From positions 1 through 60,111 of the IMG/VR virus record IMGVR_UViG_3300013126_000034: a stretch of 60,111 bases of DNA; one strand, 5' to 3'. The first letter of the stretch is position 1; each line of letters begins with the position of its first letter. The notes under the pieces were generated by a model. It was not told the DNA's origin. It saw nothing but the letters and a program-made list of their open reading frames with translations, and did no database searches. The DNA comes from a virus. Lineage: Duplodnaviria > Caudoviricetes. This document shows, in pieces, positions 35,667-45,547 of this stretch. The translations under genes and the position numbers were made by a program.

Positions 35667-36285
35667 ACTTTTTCAGGGCCTTGGAAATGTTGGCGGCGGC
35701 GCGGATGGCGGCGGCGTTGCGCTCCATGCGTCCCGCGACTCCGTGCTTCTCGCCGCGCTTGTTCATCGCGACGGACTCCCGGTACTCCTTGTTGTTGAGG
35801 TACTCGTCCGCCGCTTCCGGGAGCTTCCCAGCGCGGAGGAGTTCGAGTGCCTTGGGGGAGCCGGACATGTCGCCGCGGAAGAACCCGTCGAGGATGGCCA
35901 CCTTGGCCTCCTTCGGCAGCGTGTCGTACGCCTTGCCCAGCTCGCGCTTGGCCATCTTGGCCTTGGACGCGAGGTCACGGGCGAAGATGTCGTTCACCTC
36001 CTGATCCGAGAGCGTGCGCCCGGCCATCGATTTGATCTCCTGCGGCGTCATGAGGTGCCCGATACCGACGGTCCAGAAGCCCTTGGAGTCCTTGTACGGC
36101 TTGTTCTTCACGCCCTCGTTGGCCTTGATGTACTCACGCGCCGCGACGATGACTTCGTCGGGCTCTGGGGCCGGTTCGGCGGCGAGCGGCTTGGCCTTGG
36201 GCTTCGCAGCCATAGTTTCCTCGGCCAACGGCGCAGCGGCCATGACCGGCGGCGTGAACTTCACCGTGAAATCGTTCGGAGTCAT
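35665..36285 (-). CDS. T4-type (GH24) lysozyme
   Basis: Catalytic E-8x-D-5x-T pattern: NEGVKNKPYKDSKGFWTVGIGHL. Confidence 0.85.
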   Translation of the reverse strand: MTPNDFTVKFTPPVMAAAPLAEETMAAKPKAKPLAAEPAPEPDEVIVAAREYIKANEGVKNKPYKDSKGFWTVGIGHLMTPQEIKSMAGRTLSDQEVNDIFARDLASKAKMAKRELGKAYDTLPKEAKVAILDGFFRGDMSGSPKALELLRAGKLPEAADEYLNNKEYRESVAMNKRGEKHGVAGRMERNAAAIRAAANISKALKK

Positions 36286-36485
36286 GATTCGTTCTCTAGC
36301 GGCTTCTTCGAAGTACGCGACGGTTTCGCGGCCTCGTTCATTCCAGTCATGATCATGACCGAATCGTTCGCGGTGAGTTCGTCGCCAAGCGTCCTAAAGT
36401 CTTGCGACTTGGACAGCCGCTTGGCCATCAACGACAGTGCGTCGTAGGATTCCTTGGTGTGATACGGGGCTGGGTTGCTCTTCAT
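36282..36485 (-). CDS. Hypothetical protein
   Basis: 67 aa, coupled to both neighbours by start/stop overlaps. Confidence 0.55.
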   Translation of the reverse strand: MKSNPAPYHTKESYDALSLMAKRLSKSQDFRTLGDELTANDSVMIMTGMNEAAKPSRTSKKPLENES

Positions 36486-39400
36486 CAGTCTGTTCCTTCG
36501 GCTTCGATTTCAGGTGAAATGGCGTTCTTGAGGCGTTCGGCTGTTGCGGCGTCTATCTGACCGCGCAATAATGCAGCGTCAACATCCGATTTTAGCTTGG
36601 TCAACACCTTGAGAGCCTTTGTCTTGGCCACGCCTTCAATATCGGCCAGCCTCTTTACGGTTCGCTGAGACAAGAGCGCAGGAATTGGAGTGGTCTGCGG
36701 GAACAGAAACGAAGTGCTGGGAGCAGCGGAAGCCACGCGACCAATGATATACTGCGCAATAGACTGCGCGAAGCGAGACCCCGAGGCAGGAGTTTCCGCG
36801 GCACCCCGGAAAAACATCTCGGTCATTAAACGTTCCTCGCGGAGGCCCTCGACGTTGTACTTCGTCATGAGGTTTTGAATTGCAGTCTCGTTGGCTCGAA
36901 GGGCGGCGGACATGTCGCCGTTGTAGAACTGGTCGCCCACGGCCAAACTGCCGTCCTTCGTTTCGGTAAAACCGGTGATGAACGAATTACCAGCAGGGTC
37001 CTCGAGCTTGTTAAGCTCTAGGAAGAATGCTTCACGCTGCGGATTGGACAGTGACCGAGTATCGAACGTGACGAATACGTTCTTGCGCGTTTTGAGATCA
37101 TTCATTTCGCGCACCGTCGGTTTGCGGACGATGTTTCCACCGTCTTGGTCCATCGCACGCGACATCGCGTCGAGCACGGTGCTGACATCGTTACGCGGGC
37201 CCCGCAGCACCAGTCTCATGTTCGGTGATACCGAGGCCACGCCTTTTTCGGTGTAGCCACCTCGGCCTAGATGAACCTCGTCCACCGTAACATCAACGCC
37301 CTCTTGGGTGGCGATGTCGTTAATGGCGTCTCCAAGGCCATCTGCAATGTGAGCGGTTAGAGTCAAAGCAGGGTTGATGTCGCCTGCCTGAGCTAGAACT
37401 TCGAGTCTGGTCTGGATCGCACGGGCGTTGGCCGAGGTTCCGCTTGTCACGGCCTCAATCGGAATTTCCTGCCGAGCCATCTGCTCGTAGGCCCGATCCA
37501 TTGCGTTCAGAATGGCTTCGGCGCGGGATTTCTTCGTGAGTGTTTTGCCTTCACGCAGCCCCTGCACTTCCGTGACCAAGCTTCGAATCGAGTTTCCGTA
37601 AAGCGACAGGTCGTTGTTCGACGGGATCGGATTGTCACGCTTTTCGAGCCCCCAAAGGGTCTCTTGCGCGTTTCGGGCTTTCAGCTTTGTCTTGCCGAAC
37701 AGGGACGCCATGCCCTCCGCGTTGAGTCGGTCAGCGATCAACCCGTCCATCGCTTGCTGCGCGTCGTACATCGGTCCCGCTCCACCGGGGCTCAGGCCCG
37801 CTTCGGTGCCCTGCGTGTAGTAGGTAAACTTGGTGTCCGGTTTGAACTCGTTGCCCTTTCTCTCGGACCATGACTTTTCGTTCCAGTCCATGTTCCCATC
37901 GATTCGCAGGGATCGAGCTTGTTGGTATGACAGCTCGGAAGGACTCGCGATGCCAAGGTCCTTGAGCACCGTCTTCCACGCCGAATCCGAGAAGGAAGCG
38001 GTCTTTGAGAATTTGTCCTGCGTCCACTGGAATGGTTGCGCGGCGTTGTTGCGCTCGCTCTTTCGGAGGATAAAGCCGGGCCAAGCAAAGCCCTTTCCGG
38101 CCATGTCCCACATGTCAATCGTGGCCTTGCCGTCCAGAAGCCTTTGAATCTCGACGCGAAGAGCGTCGGTCATGGACTGCCCCGGTGAAAGCACGTTGAG
38201 CGAACGACCGGCGCGCTCCATCAGTCGATCAGCCGACACGCGGTCCGCTTCGTTGCCTTCTTGAAGCATCTCAATCAGCTCGGAAATACCGTTGATGTAG
38301 AAGCTGCGGACCTTGTCGTCGATGCCGGGAGCATTGAGGTCGAAGTGTTCGTTCTTCAACCACGCGTTGTAGGTGTCCTTGGCTCCAAGTTGCTGACTTC
38401 CAAAGCCGATCTTGAAACCCGGCTCGAAACCGCCCACGAATCCCGCCGCCGATCCACTGGACTTCGTGGCGTTTCCGGTGACGTTCGTGCGTGGGGAGCC
38501 AAGCGCGAGATAGCGCAGCATGAGATCGGCAAGATTTGCCTTCTCCCAGCCAGTCACGTTCGGGGAAACAACGTCCGAAAGATCGAGGGACGACTCGGCC
38601 ATGTCGCGGTAGAAACTAGCAGACCCTCGAGCAAATTCCGGGTCCTCCGAGGTCACACGTTTCAAGCGATCAACAGCCCGAGTAACAATGTCGTCTACTT
38701 CAGAATAGCTTCGAGCCATTCCGACGATGTTGCGGTTAACAATGCCCCAGCGAGCAGGCAACGTCACTGAACCTTCAACAGGATTGTTTGGATACTTCAG
38801 GCTGGCCGGGTTAACTTGCGACGCGCTCTTGTTTCCAGCAGCATCAATGGCGCGGATGTTTTCGACGTTCTGCTCCGGAGAAGCCGCGGGCATGAACTGC
38901 CGCGAGTCTTCACCGCGGTTGACGATGCCTCGGCCCGGGGCGTCGGTAGCCGTGGTAACCTTGTCGTACACCGGATGGATACGTCCGCGAACCTCGATCT
39001 CGCCCACTTTATCTCCAACCTGCAGAACGCCACGGGTAGTCGGGCGCAAACGCGGCTCGCTTTTCTTTTCAGCGTAGCGGGCCAGCTCGACTGGCGTATC
39101 GAATTGCGCGTTGAGCGTGTAGACGTGGTCGTTGCCGATCTCGACGCTAACCAGCGTAGAGGTTGGAGACGGAGCTTCTCCAATCCACTTCCATCCGGCA
39201 GACTGCTTGAAGAGGTTGGTACGAATCTTTCGACCTGAGACAGGAAGAGCCGCCGGAGCGTCCGACGTTTGAAGGCTCGGCCTGCCAGTGCTTACGTCGA
39301 TGGAACCGGTCTGGTACACGCGCCCGGTGATGTCTTCTCCTGAGGCAGTGTTGACATACTTTCCTCCGCGAACGTAGTCCTCGATATCATATCGAGCAAA

Positions 39401-42400
39401 GAAGCCCGGAGGAGTTACTTTAGCTCCACGACGTCCTGCCTCTTCGCCCGTTCCAGTAAATCGTTCCGGGATGGGAAGCGCACTGGGCATGAAGCCAATC
39501 TGAATCACGCCCTGCAGCGGAGCGCGGACATTCAGGTCTTCGCGGAACGTGATCGGCGTCGCGATGCGCTTCAGCCGTAGCTGCTCGATGGCGACGTGGA
39601 AGAGGTTCGTGTCGAAGCCGAGGTCGCGCAGCTCTTTGTTGACGAGGTTGAACTCGTTCGTCGGCACCATCTCACCGGCCTTACGCCCCGGCACCTCACG
39701 AACTTCGACCACCGCGGCCCCGTTGGCCTTGGCCAGACGCTGAACGTACGACTGGGCAGCCGTGGCACCCTCGCCGTAGTCGATGGCGTTCCGGAGACCC
39801 ATGAGCGAGTTGATGAGCTTCGACGCGCCTTCTGGCACCGGCACGGGAGTGTACCCGGGCGTCGGATCGGGGATGTCCTCGGCTCGCGTGTCCTCGGTCT
39901 TTACCAGCGGCTTTCCGTCGCCGCGGTATCCGTTGGCCTGATTCTGAAGGTAGTTCTGGAACTGAGCGCGGAACTGCGGGCTCTCCAACGACTGCACGCC
40001 CGTCACCTGAGTTAGGCGGGCCGCGGCGTCCGGGTTGCGGCGAAGCCACGCGCCGAGCATGTCGATGTTGCGGATCACCTTGTCCAGCGAGAACGCGAAG
40101 AGCGTCGTGCCGCCCTTCTTTGTGTCCTGCGCCTTGTACGGAATCGTCACCTTGTCGTACACCTCGCGGAACTGGTCCGCGACGCCGCTGGCCTCGCCTT
40201 CGTCCGCCAGCGCACGCTGCTCGGCACGCTGCGGCTCAGAGAGCTTCAGGGGGCCGTCGGTGCGGGCCTCGTCGGCCTTCGCGGAGTTGTACCCGACCTG
40301 AATCGGGCGGCGGTCGGCGCGAGGCTTCGCAAGTTCCGTCGCAAGAGTCTGGCGATTAGCTGCCTCGACTTCCGGCGTGGCCTCCTGCGTGGTGATCTCC
40401 TCGCGCCGCTGAGGCGTCGCGTAGATGCTGCGGGGAGTCTCGACGGAAGCCGTCACGGGTGCCGCGGGGGCGGGAGCGGGCGTAGGAGCCGCTGCAGCGG
40501 GCGCAGGGGCCGCGGGAGCTACGGGAGCCGCCACCGGAGCCGCTGGAGCCGCCTGCGGGGCAGGAACGGGGGCCGCTGGGGCCGCCGCGGCAGGCGTTGG
40601 GGCCGGGGCAACCGGGGGAGGAGCTGCCGGAGCAACAGGAGCAGCCGGGGGAGGAGCCGTAACGCCAGCGGGTGGCGTTCCGCTCAGGTCGAAATCACGG
40701 GCCTCCAGCATCGACCGGATGGCGCCCTGCGCAATAAATGACGGGGTGAACTGCAGCGTCTCGGACGTGACGACATCGGCCCCGGGGACCAGATTTCGTA
40801 GGCCCACGCGCTCCGCCAGCGTGCCAACCGTGCCGTAGATACGCCCAGCGAGGCTCCGCGGCGTGCCCAGTCGGCCCAGAGGACCGCCGTTCAAAGCGAC
40901 TTGGAAATTCTCCGCCAGCACCTCTTCGACCAGAGCGTCCTGAGTCGGGAGGTCGATTCCACGGGAGACGTAGTACTCGCGCATCTGCTCCAGCTCCTCG
41001 GGCGTGTAGCCCTCGAGCACGGCGTCCCGCAGCTTCGCCTTCTCGGCGTCCGGGAGAGAGTTGAACACAACGTGACCCGTCTCGTGGAGCAACGACTCGC
41101 TGCCGCCTCGGATCAGGGCGATCTGCTTGCCGTTCGGCGCGGTCGCAAAGACCACACCCTGCGATTTCGCACCGCCCGCCTGCGTCTGGTCGAGCGAGTC
41201 GTAGGTCGTCGGGTCGATGACGTAGAGTTCGCTGTTCGTGCCGACGAGATCGCGGAGGGCCTCGATGCGGTTGGCCATGTCCGCGGGCAGTCCCTTGACG
41301 TACTCCGCGTGCGCACTGTCGAGATCAGGCGTGCCGTACGACGTGGTGGGGGCGCGTTCCGTCTCGGGAACAATCTTGTCGCTGGGCTTCCAGAGACTGC
41401 GACCAAGCTGGCGTACTGAATTATTGGCGACGCCTGCACCTGCACCGAATCCACCGGCCACGAAACCACCGGCGAGCAGGGTTCCACGCTCTTCAGCCGT
41501 TTCGGCGGGCAGAGCCAGCGGGGCCATCGTCGCGGTACCAGCAACACCGCCCCTGACGAGGTCCTTGGTGACGTTGGCGAGCTCGCCGATGGGTCCGGTG
41601 AGCGGAGCCTTGATTGCACGACCCGTCGCCTTGACGGCCTCGGGGCCCGCCTTCAGCACGGTCTGACCAAGACGAGACCCGCCGCCCAGTGCAGAGAAGA
41701 GCACCGTGGCGGGTGACCCCCCGGACACAGCGGCTATCGTGGCAGCCGTCACGGCGCGGCCCGTAGGAGTGCCCGCGATTTCGCCCGTCTTCTCAACCGC
41801 GGTGCCGAGAGCACGACGCGGGAACGATACGGCCTGCTCGGCTGCGGTTTTTGCAGCAGCATCGGCCACAGTTTTTTCGGCCTGCGTGATGATGCGCGGG
41901 GCAGCGACGGCGATCTTATTGCCCACCTTGGCCGCGGCCTTAGCACCAATCTTCGGAACAAGCGCACCGGTGACGGCGGACGCAACGTTGTCCAGCGAGA
42001 GCACCTCGCCGACCGGTGAAATAAACTCAACGAGCTCTTCCGGAACAACCTGCCGGTATGCGCCCGTCGTCTCGTCTTTCAAATTCGATTGACCCCGCTC
42101 GAACGAGATCATCGTGTCGTACAGATCGAGGTCCTCCTTCAGACGTTCCTTGATGGACTCTTCGTCGAAGTCCTCAACACCGAGCGTCGCCAAACGAATC
42201 AAACGCTGAACCAGACGGCCCGTCTCGTAGGTGCCCTGAAGCGTGCCGAACATCATGAGTTCCGTGGCCCCCTGTTCCCCGTGCTTTATGGGCTCCGCGC
42301 CTACGAGCTTTCTGACCCGGTTGATTTCTTCGATCTTCCCTTCCTTGACCGTCTCGAAGGCGGCCTGCGGAGCGTAGCGAGCAACTCCGTACAGGCCCTT

Positions 42401-42856
42401 GGCGATGTCCATGCCGACATCGGGCAGAGCCTTCAAAAATTCTTTCGCGTCTTTCAGGCTTACTTCCGGAAGAGGCTCGCGGGCCTTTTCTTTTACGAGC
42501 TCCGTGATCGCGTCGATGAACCTATCGTCGATCTGGTTGTCGCGCTTCAACTCCGCGAGCCTGCGTACCGTGTTCTCGTAGCCCTTTACCGCGTTTACTT
42601 GGTTGAAAAGGTTCTCAAATTTTTGATCGATGGTATACTCAATCGCGTCTCCCTCCGGAGTGCCCGCAAACTCGGCGAGCTGCTTTTGGAGCGTTGGGAG
42701 CGGCGTGTCGAAAAGGCTGCGGACGTACGCTTCCGGGTCATCGGGCGTGACGAACGGCGAAGTTTCGGGCGGCGGGGCGATCCCCAGCGCGGCCTGCTCG
42801 CTGCGGAGCGTTTCAGCAAATACGTCTCCGACAGACTTGCTCGGCGTGGTCACCAT
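36485..42856 (-). CDS. Large internal virion / polyvalent protein (2123 aa)
   Basis: Follows two ejection-type genes. G/A-rich N-terminal third, HETGH zincin motif, Pro/Ala linker and several C-terminal globular modules. Confidence 0.75.
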   Translation of the reverse strand: MVTTPSKSVGDVFAETLRSEQAALGIAPPPETSPFVTPDDPEAYVRSLFDTPLPTLQKQLAEFAGTPEGDAIEYTIDQKFENLFNQVNAVKGYENTVRRLAELKRDNQIDDRFIDAITELVKEKAREPLPEVSLKDAKEFLKALPDVGMDIAKGLYGVARYAPQAAFETVKEGKIEEINRVRKLVGAEPIKHGEQGATELMMFGTLQGTYETGRLVQRLIRLATLGVEDFDEESIKERLKEDLDLYDTMISFERGQSNLKDETTGAYRQVVPEELVEFISPVGEVLSLDNVASAVTGALVPKIGAKAAAKVGNKIAVAAPRIITQAEKTVADAAAKTAAEQAVSFPRRALGTAVEKTGEIAGTPTGRAVTAATIAAVSGGSPATVLFSALGGGSRLGQTVLKAGPEAVKATGRAIKAPLTGPIGELANVTKDLVRGGVAGTATMAPLALPAETAEERGTLLAGGFVAGGFGAGAGVANNSVRQLGRSLWKPSDKIVPETERAPTTSYGTPDLDSAHAEYVKGLPADMANRIEALRDLVGTNSELYVIDPTTYDSLDQTQAGGAKSQGVVFATAPNGKQIALIRGGSESLLHETGHVVFNSLPDAEKAKLRDAVLEGYTPEELEQMREYYVSRGIDLPTQDALVEEVLAENFQVALNGGPLGRLGTPRSLAGRIYGTVGTLAERVGLRNLVPGADVVTSETLQFTPSFIAQGAIRSMLEARDFDLSGTPPAGVTAPPPAAPVAPAAPPPVAPAPTPAAAAPAAPVPAPQAAPAAPVAAPVAPAAPAPAAAAPTPAPAPAAPVTASVETPRSIYATPQRREEITTQEATPEVEAANRQTLATELAKPRADRRPIQVGYNSAKADEARTDGPLKLSEPQRAEQRALADEGEASGVADQFREVYDKVTIPYKAQDTKKGGTTLFAFSLDKVIRNIDMLGAWLRRNPDAAARLTQVTGVQSLESPQFRAQFQNYLQNQANGYRGDGKPLVKTEDTRAEDIPDPTPGYTPVPVPEGASKLINSLMGLRNAIDYGEGATAAQSYVQRLAKANGAAVVEVREVPGRKAGEMVPTNEFNLVNKELRDLGFDTNLFHVAIEQLRLKRIATPITFREDLNVRAPLQGVIQIGFMPSALPIPERFTGTGEEAGRRGAKVTPPGFFARYDIEDYVRGGKYVNTASGEDITGRVYQTGSIDVSTGRPSLQTSDAPAALPVSGRKIRTNLFKQSAGWKWIGEAPSPTSTLVSVEIGNDHVYTLNAQFDTPVELARYAEKKSEPRLRPTTRGVLQVGDKVGEIEVRGRIHPVYDKVTTATDAPGRGIVNRGEDSRQFMPAASPEQNVENIRAIDAAGNKSASQVNPASLKYPNNPVEGSVTLPARWGIVNRNIVGMARSYSEVDDIVTRAVDRLKRVTSEDPEFARGSASFYRDMAESSLDLSDVVSPNVTGWEKANLADLMLRYLALGSPRTNVTGNATKSSGSAAGFVGGFEPGFKIGFGSQQLGAKDTYNAWLKNEHFDLNAPGIDDKVRSFYINGISELIEMLQEGNEADRVSADRLMERAGRSLNVLSPGQSMTDALRVEIQRLLDGKATIDMWDMAGKGFAWPGFILRKSERNNAAQPFQWTQDKFSKTASFSDSAWKTVLKDLGIASPSELSYQQARSLRIDGNMDWNEKSWSERKGNEFKPDTKFTYYTQGTEAGLSPGGAGPMYDAQQAMDGLIADRLNAEGMASLFGKTKLKARNAQETLWGLEKRDNPIPSNNDLSLYGNSIRSLVTEVQGLREGKTLTKKSRAEAILNAMDRAYEQMARQEIPIEAVTSGTSANARAIQTRLEVLAQAGDINPALTLTAHIADGLGDAINDIATQEGVDVTVDEVHLGRGGYTEKGVASVSPNMRLVLRGPRNDVSTVLDAMSRAMDQDGGNIVRKPTVREMNDLKTRKNVFVTFDTRSLSNPQREAFFLELNKLEDPAGNSFITGFTETKDGSLAVGDQFYNGDMSAALRANETAIQNLMTKYNVEGLREERLMTEMFFRGAAETPASGSRFAQSIAQYIIGRVASAAPSTSFLFPQTTPIPALLSQRTVKRLADIEGVAKTKALKVLTKLKSDVDAALLRGQIDAATAERLKNAISPEIEAEGTD

Positions 42857-42874
42857 GGTAGATGTGTAGCCCGT

Positions 42875-44479
42875 TTAGGGCTTTCTGGCTGCGGCTTGGC
42901 CTATCGAACCGGGACTAGCGTTGTATTTGGCGCGAGATCTCTTCAGAATCTCGGCTCCCGTCTTTACCTGCTCTTCTGTCGGCCCTGTTCGAATCGGGGC
43001 GGGCGTGCCCTGATCGGTAGTCATTCCGGCAGGAACAAGCTGTTTGGTGATTACGTCAAGGCGAGCGAGATTAGGAGACCCGTCGGGATTAACCAGTTCT
43101 CCTACCGGTTTGAATTGGAAAAGCGTTCCGTTGTTTTGGAAGTATGCGATCTGATCCTCGCGGTCGCGAACCGCGGTCTCGGCAACTTGAACCGCCTTGC
43201 GGACCATTTCCACGTTGGCCCCGGGAGAAAGGAACAAATTGAACGAGCGATTCATCATCGACTCGCCTTCCGCACGGGTGAATGCGGCTCCGAGAACTTC
43301 GCGTAGCGACTGCTGGATAGCGGTACGAACTTGTTCGCGAGCGAAAAACTTGTCCGTAGCGACGAGGGCCTGAACGGAGTCGGGCAAGAAGGGAATCAAA
43401 CGAGACCGTTCGATGGGCCCCCCGGTTTTTTCTGACTCTGCGTGCAGTTCAACCGCATCCATCAAGCGGTTGATATTCTGCTGTGCGTTTGCCATCTGCG
43501 ACGGTGACATTTTTCCGATCTCATCGGCAAAAGCCTCGTCGAACCTCTTCACCGCTGTATTCGTCTTGTGAAGCGTCTCGACATCGATCTTCGCGTCGCC
43601 GCGAACACCGATAACGCGATCCCCAACGACCCGGGTACCTACCGTCATGGGGACACCACGACCATCAACAAACCTGTACTCAGAGTCCTTGGGCTTCAGT
43701 TCCTTTGAAATGGCCGGAAGTCTCGCCGCCACCTCGCTCAGGCGCCGGTTCGTAATGAACTCCGACGGTCCAAATTCTTCGGCCACTCGCCGGTTGTACT
43801 CTTCGTCAAACGCCGCCTGCTCGGAGTCCGCGGAACGCACGAACTGGCTCACGTTCGACACGTCAGGAGTATACCTGCGACGATTCTCGCGTTCAGTGGT
43901 ACGCCGTGCCTCGATCTCTTCAGCCGTCTGCTCCTCGGCCACCGTGGTGACATCCGCGAGCGTTGCGGGGGGTCTTTCTACCGTGGTTACAGTAGTTACA
44001 TCGGTCAAGGGAAGAGTCGTTGTCCCTCCCGCTTCCGCTCCAGTTTCCGTTTCCGCTCCAGCTCCGACGTTCCCCGCGGGTACGTCAGTTCCGCGAAAAA
44101 AGGGTGATAGTCTTTCCGGAGAAACTGGTTGTCTACTTTGAAGGTCGAGGCGTGCCGTCTCTGTGTCGAGTGCAGCCTTTCTAAGGGCCTCTCGCTTTAT
44201 GTCCGCTTCAAGCTGGGCTTGTGCGCGAGCTGCGGCCTGAATCGCGTCGTAGTTCCGAATGTTGTACTCGGTCTGCTTCTTGAGAAAATCGAGCTGACTG
44301 CGCTCGGCTTTATTTTTCTCGCGCTGCAGATCGATCTGCTCCATCGCGAGAGGAAGCTGCGCCGCGGCCATGAACGTCCCGAGACCCGCCGTCGGATCGA
44401 GCTTCGGGACGAACGACTGGATATCGACGCGGGGAGCGGTCGGAATGACGCTGACCTGAGAGGTGGGTACGACAGGCAT
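42875..44479 (-). CDS. Internal virion (ejection) protein
   Basis: 534 aa, helical and coiled coil, second gene of the typical podovirus ejection cluster. Confidence 0.6.
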   Translation of the reverse strand: MPVVPTSQVSVIPTAPRVDIQSFVPKLDPTAGLGTFMAAAQLPLAMEQIDLQREKNKAERSQLDFLKKQTEYNIRNYDAIQAAARAQAQLEADIKREALRKAALDTETARLDLQSRQPVSPERLSPFFRGTDVPAGNVGAGAETETGAEAGGTTTLPLTDVTTVTTVERPPATLADVTTVAEEQTAEEIEARRTTERENRRRYTPDVSNVSQFVRSADSEQAAFDEEYNRRVAEEFGPSEFITNRRLSEVAARLPAISKELKPKDSEYRFVDGRGVPMTVGTRVVGDRVIGVRGDAKIDVETLHKTNTAVKRFDEAFADEIGKMSPSQMANAQQNINRLMDAVELHAESEKTGGPIERSRLIPFLPDSVQALVATDKFFAREQVRTAIQQSLREVLGAAFTRAEGESMMNRSFNLFLSPGANVEMVRKAVQVAETAVRDREDQIAYFQNNGTLFQFKPVGELVNPDGSPNLARLDVITKQLVPAGMTTDQGTPAPIRTGPTEEQVKTGAEILKRSRAKYNASPGSIGQAAARKP

Positions 44480-44482
44480 GGA

Positions 44483-45544
44483 CTATTTCTGGAACAGACC
44501 CGTGAAAGGTAGAAGTGACCCCGTAGACGAATTGCTGGAGGGCATCGACGAATATTTGGCTGACCCGAGCAGGCTCGTATCGGTTGGCGTGAGGCTGAAC
44601 TTAAACGGACCACCCGAGCCTCCACCACCGCCGCCGCCTTTCCCAAATGCCCCCGCCGCCATACCAAGACCGGACTGAATGCCCCCAACCATCTGTCCAA
44701 TGCCAGCCGCGGCACCCCCTGCCTTGATGGCCGCGGCGTCCATGAGACGCTGGTTGTACGCGTTGATGTCGCCCACTGTGATATTCGCCAAACTGCCGGA
44801 AGACAAGCCGCTTTCAGGAAGAGCCTGATTGGCCAGAGTCTGGTAGAGGTTGCCCGCTCGGGTCAGCTCGTTACCCGTGGCCTCGACGCCCATGCCCAGC
44901 GAACGCAGAAGCTGATCCGCCGCGCTGAGTTCAAGCTGAGTCTGACTCAGACCAAGCATGGACTGAGCTTTCCCGGCCTCCAAAGCCGCTTTTTGACGAT
45001 CCTGCTGGAGTTGGAGCGACGTAAGGCCCAAATCGCGAGCCGTGAGTCCACGACCGGCCTGCGACCCGATGATGCCAGAACGTCCGGCACCAGACAACGC
45101 GCCGCGGACCACCGCGGCCTGCGTCTCGGCGTCGAGCTTGCCTCCAAGAGCGAGGTCAGCAGCAATGCGGTCAGTAGCCTGCTTGAAGAGCGCGGACCCC
45201 TCGTACGTCGGGGTCGCGGACGCAGGCGTGAAGCCCAGAAGACGATTTAGGGCCTCGTCGCGACGAATTTTTCCCTCGCCGCTCACCTGTTCCAAGAGCC
45301 CTGCCGTCGTCGCTTCGCGGAGCTGCGCCGTACCCGGGAGGTACTTCTTCTCCAGCTCCATCGACTTCGCGAGGTTGGCCTCGGAGTTCGCACGGGCGTC
45401 GGCCACGAGCTTGCCGATGTCCACGCGCTGCTGCTTGGACATCGCCTCGTCGGCGGCGCGGGACGCGGCCTTTCTGGTCTTGCTGCCGCCAATGAGCCCA
45501 GCGACGGTGCTGGCCGCTGCGAGTGATAGAGTGACGGGGTCCAT
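44483..45544 (-). CDS. Internal virion (DNA pilot/ejection) protein
   Basis: MDPVTLSLAAASTVAGLIG start and G/A/S-rich termini. Confidence 0.65.
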   Translation of the reverse strand: MDPVTLSLAAASTVAGLIGGSKTRKAASRAADEAMSKQQRVDIGKLVADARANSEANLAKSMELEKKYLPGTAQLREATTAGLLEQVSGEGKIRRDEALNRLLGFTPASATPTYEGSALFKQATDRIAADLALGGKLDAETQAAVVRGALSGAGRSGIIGSQAGRGLTARDLGLTSLQLQQDRQKAALEAGKAQSMLGLSQTQLELSAADQLLRSLGMGVEATGNELTRAGNLYQTLANQALPESGLSSGSLANITVGDINAYNQRLMDAAAIKAGGAAAGIGQMVGGIQSGLGMAAGAFGKGGGGGGGSGGPFKFSLTPTDTSLLGSAKYSSMPSSNSSTGSLLPFTGLFQK

Positions 45545-45547
45545 GGC

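Noticed and set aside
36485-42856. Virion RNA polymerase
   Set aside because: I recognised no single-subunit RNAP motifs or DxDGD-type motif, and the phage encodes a sigma factor for the host enzyme.
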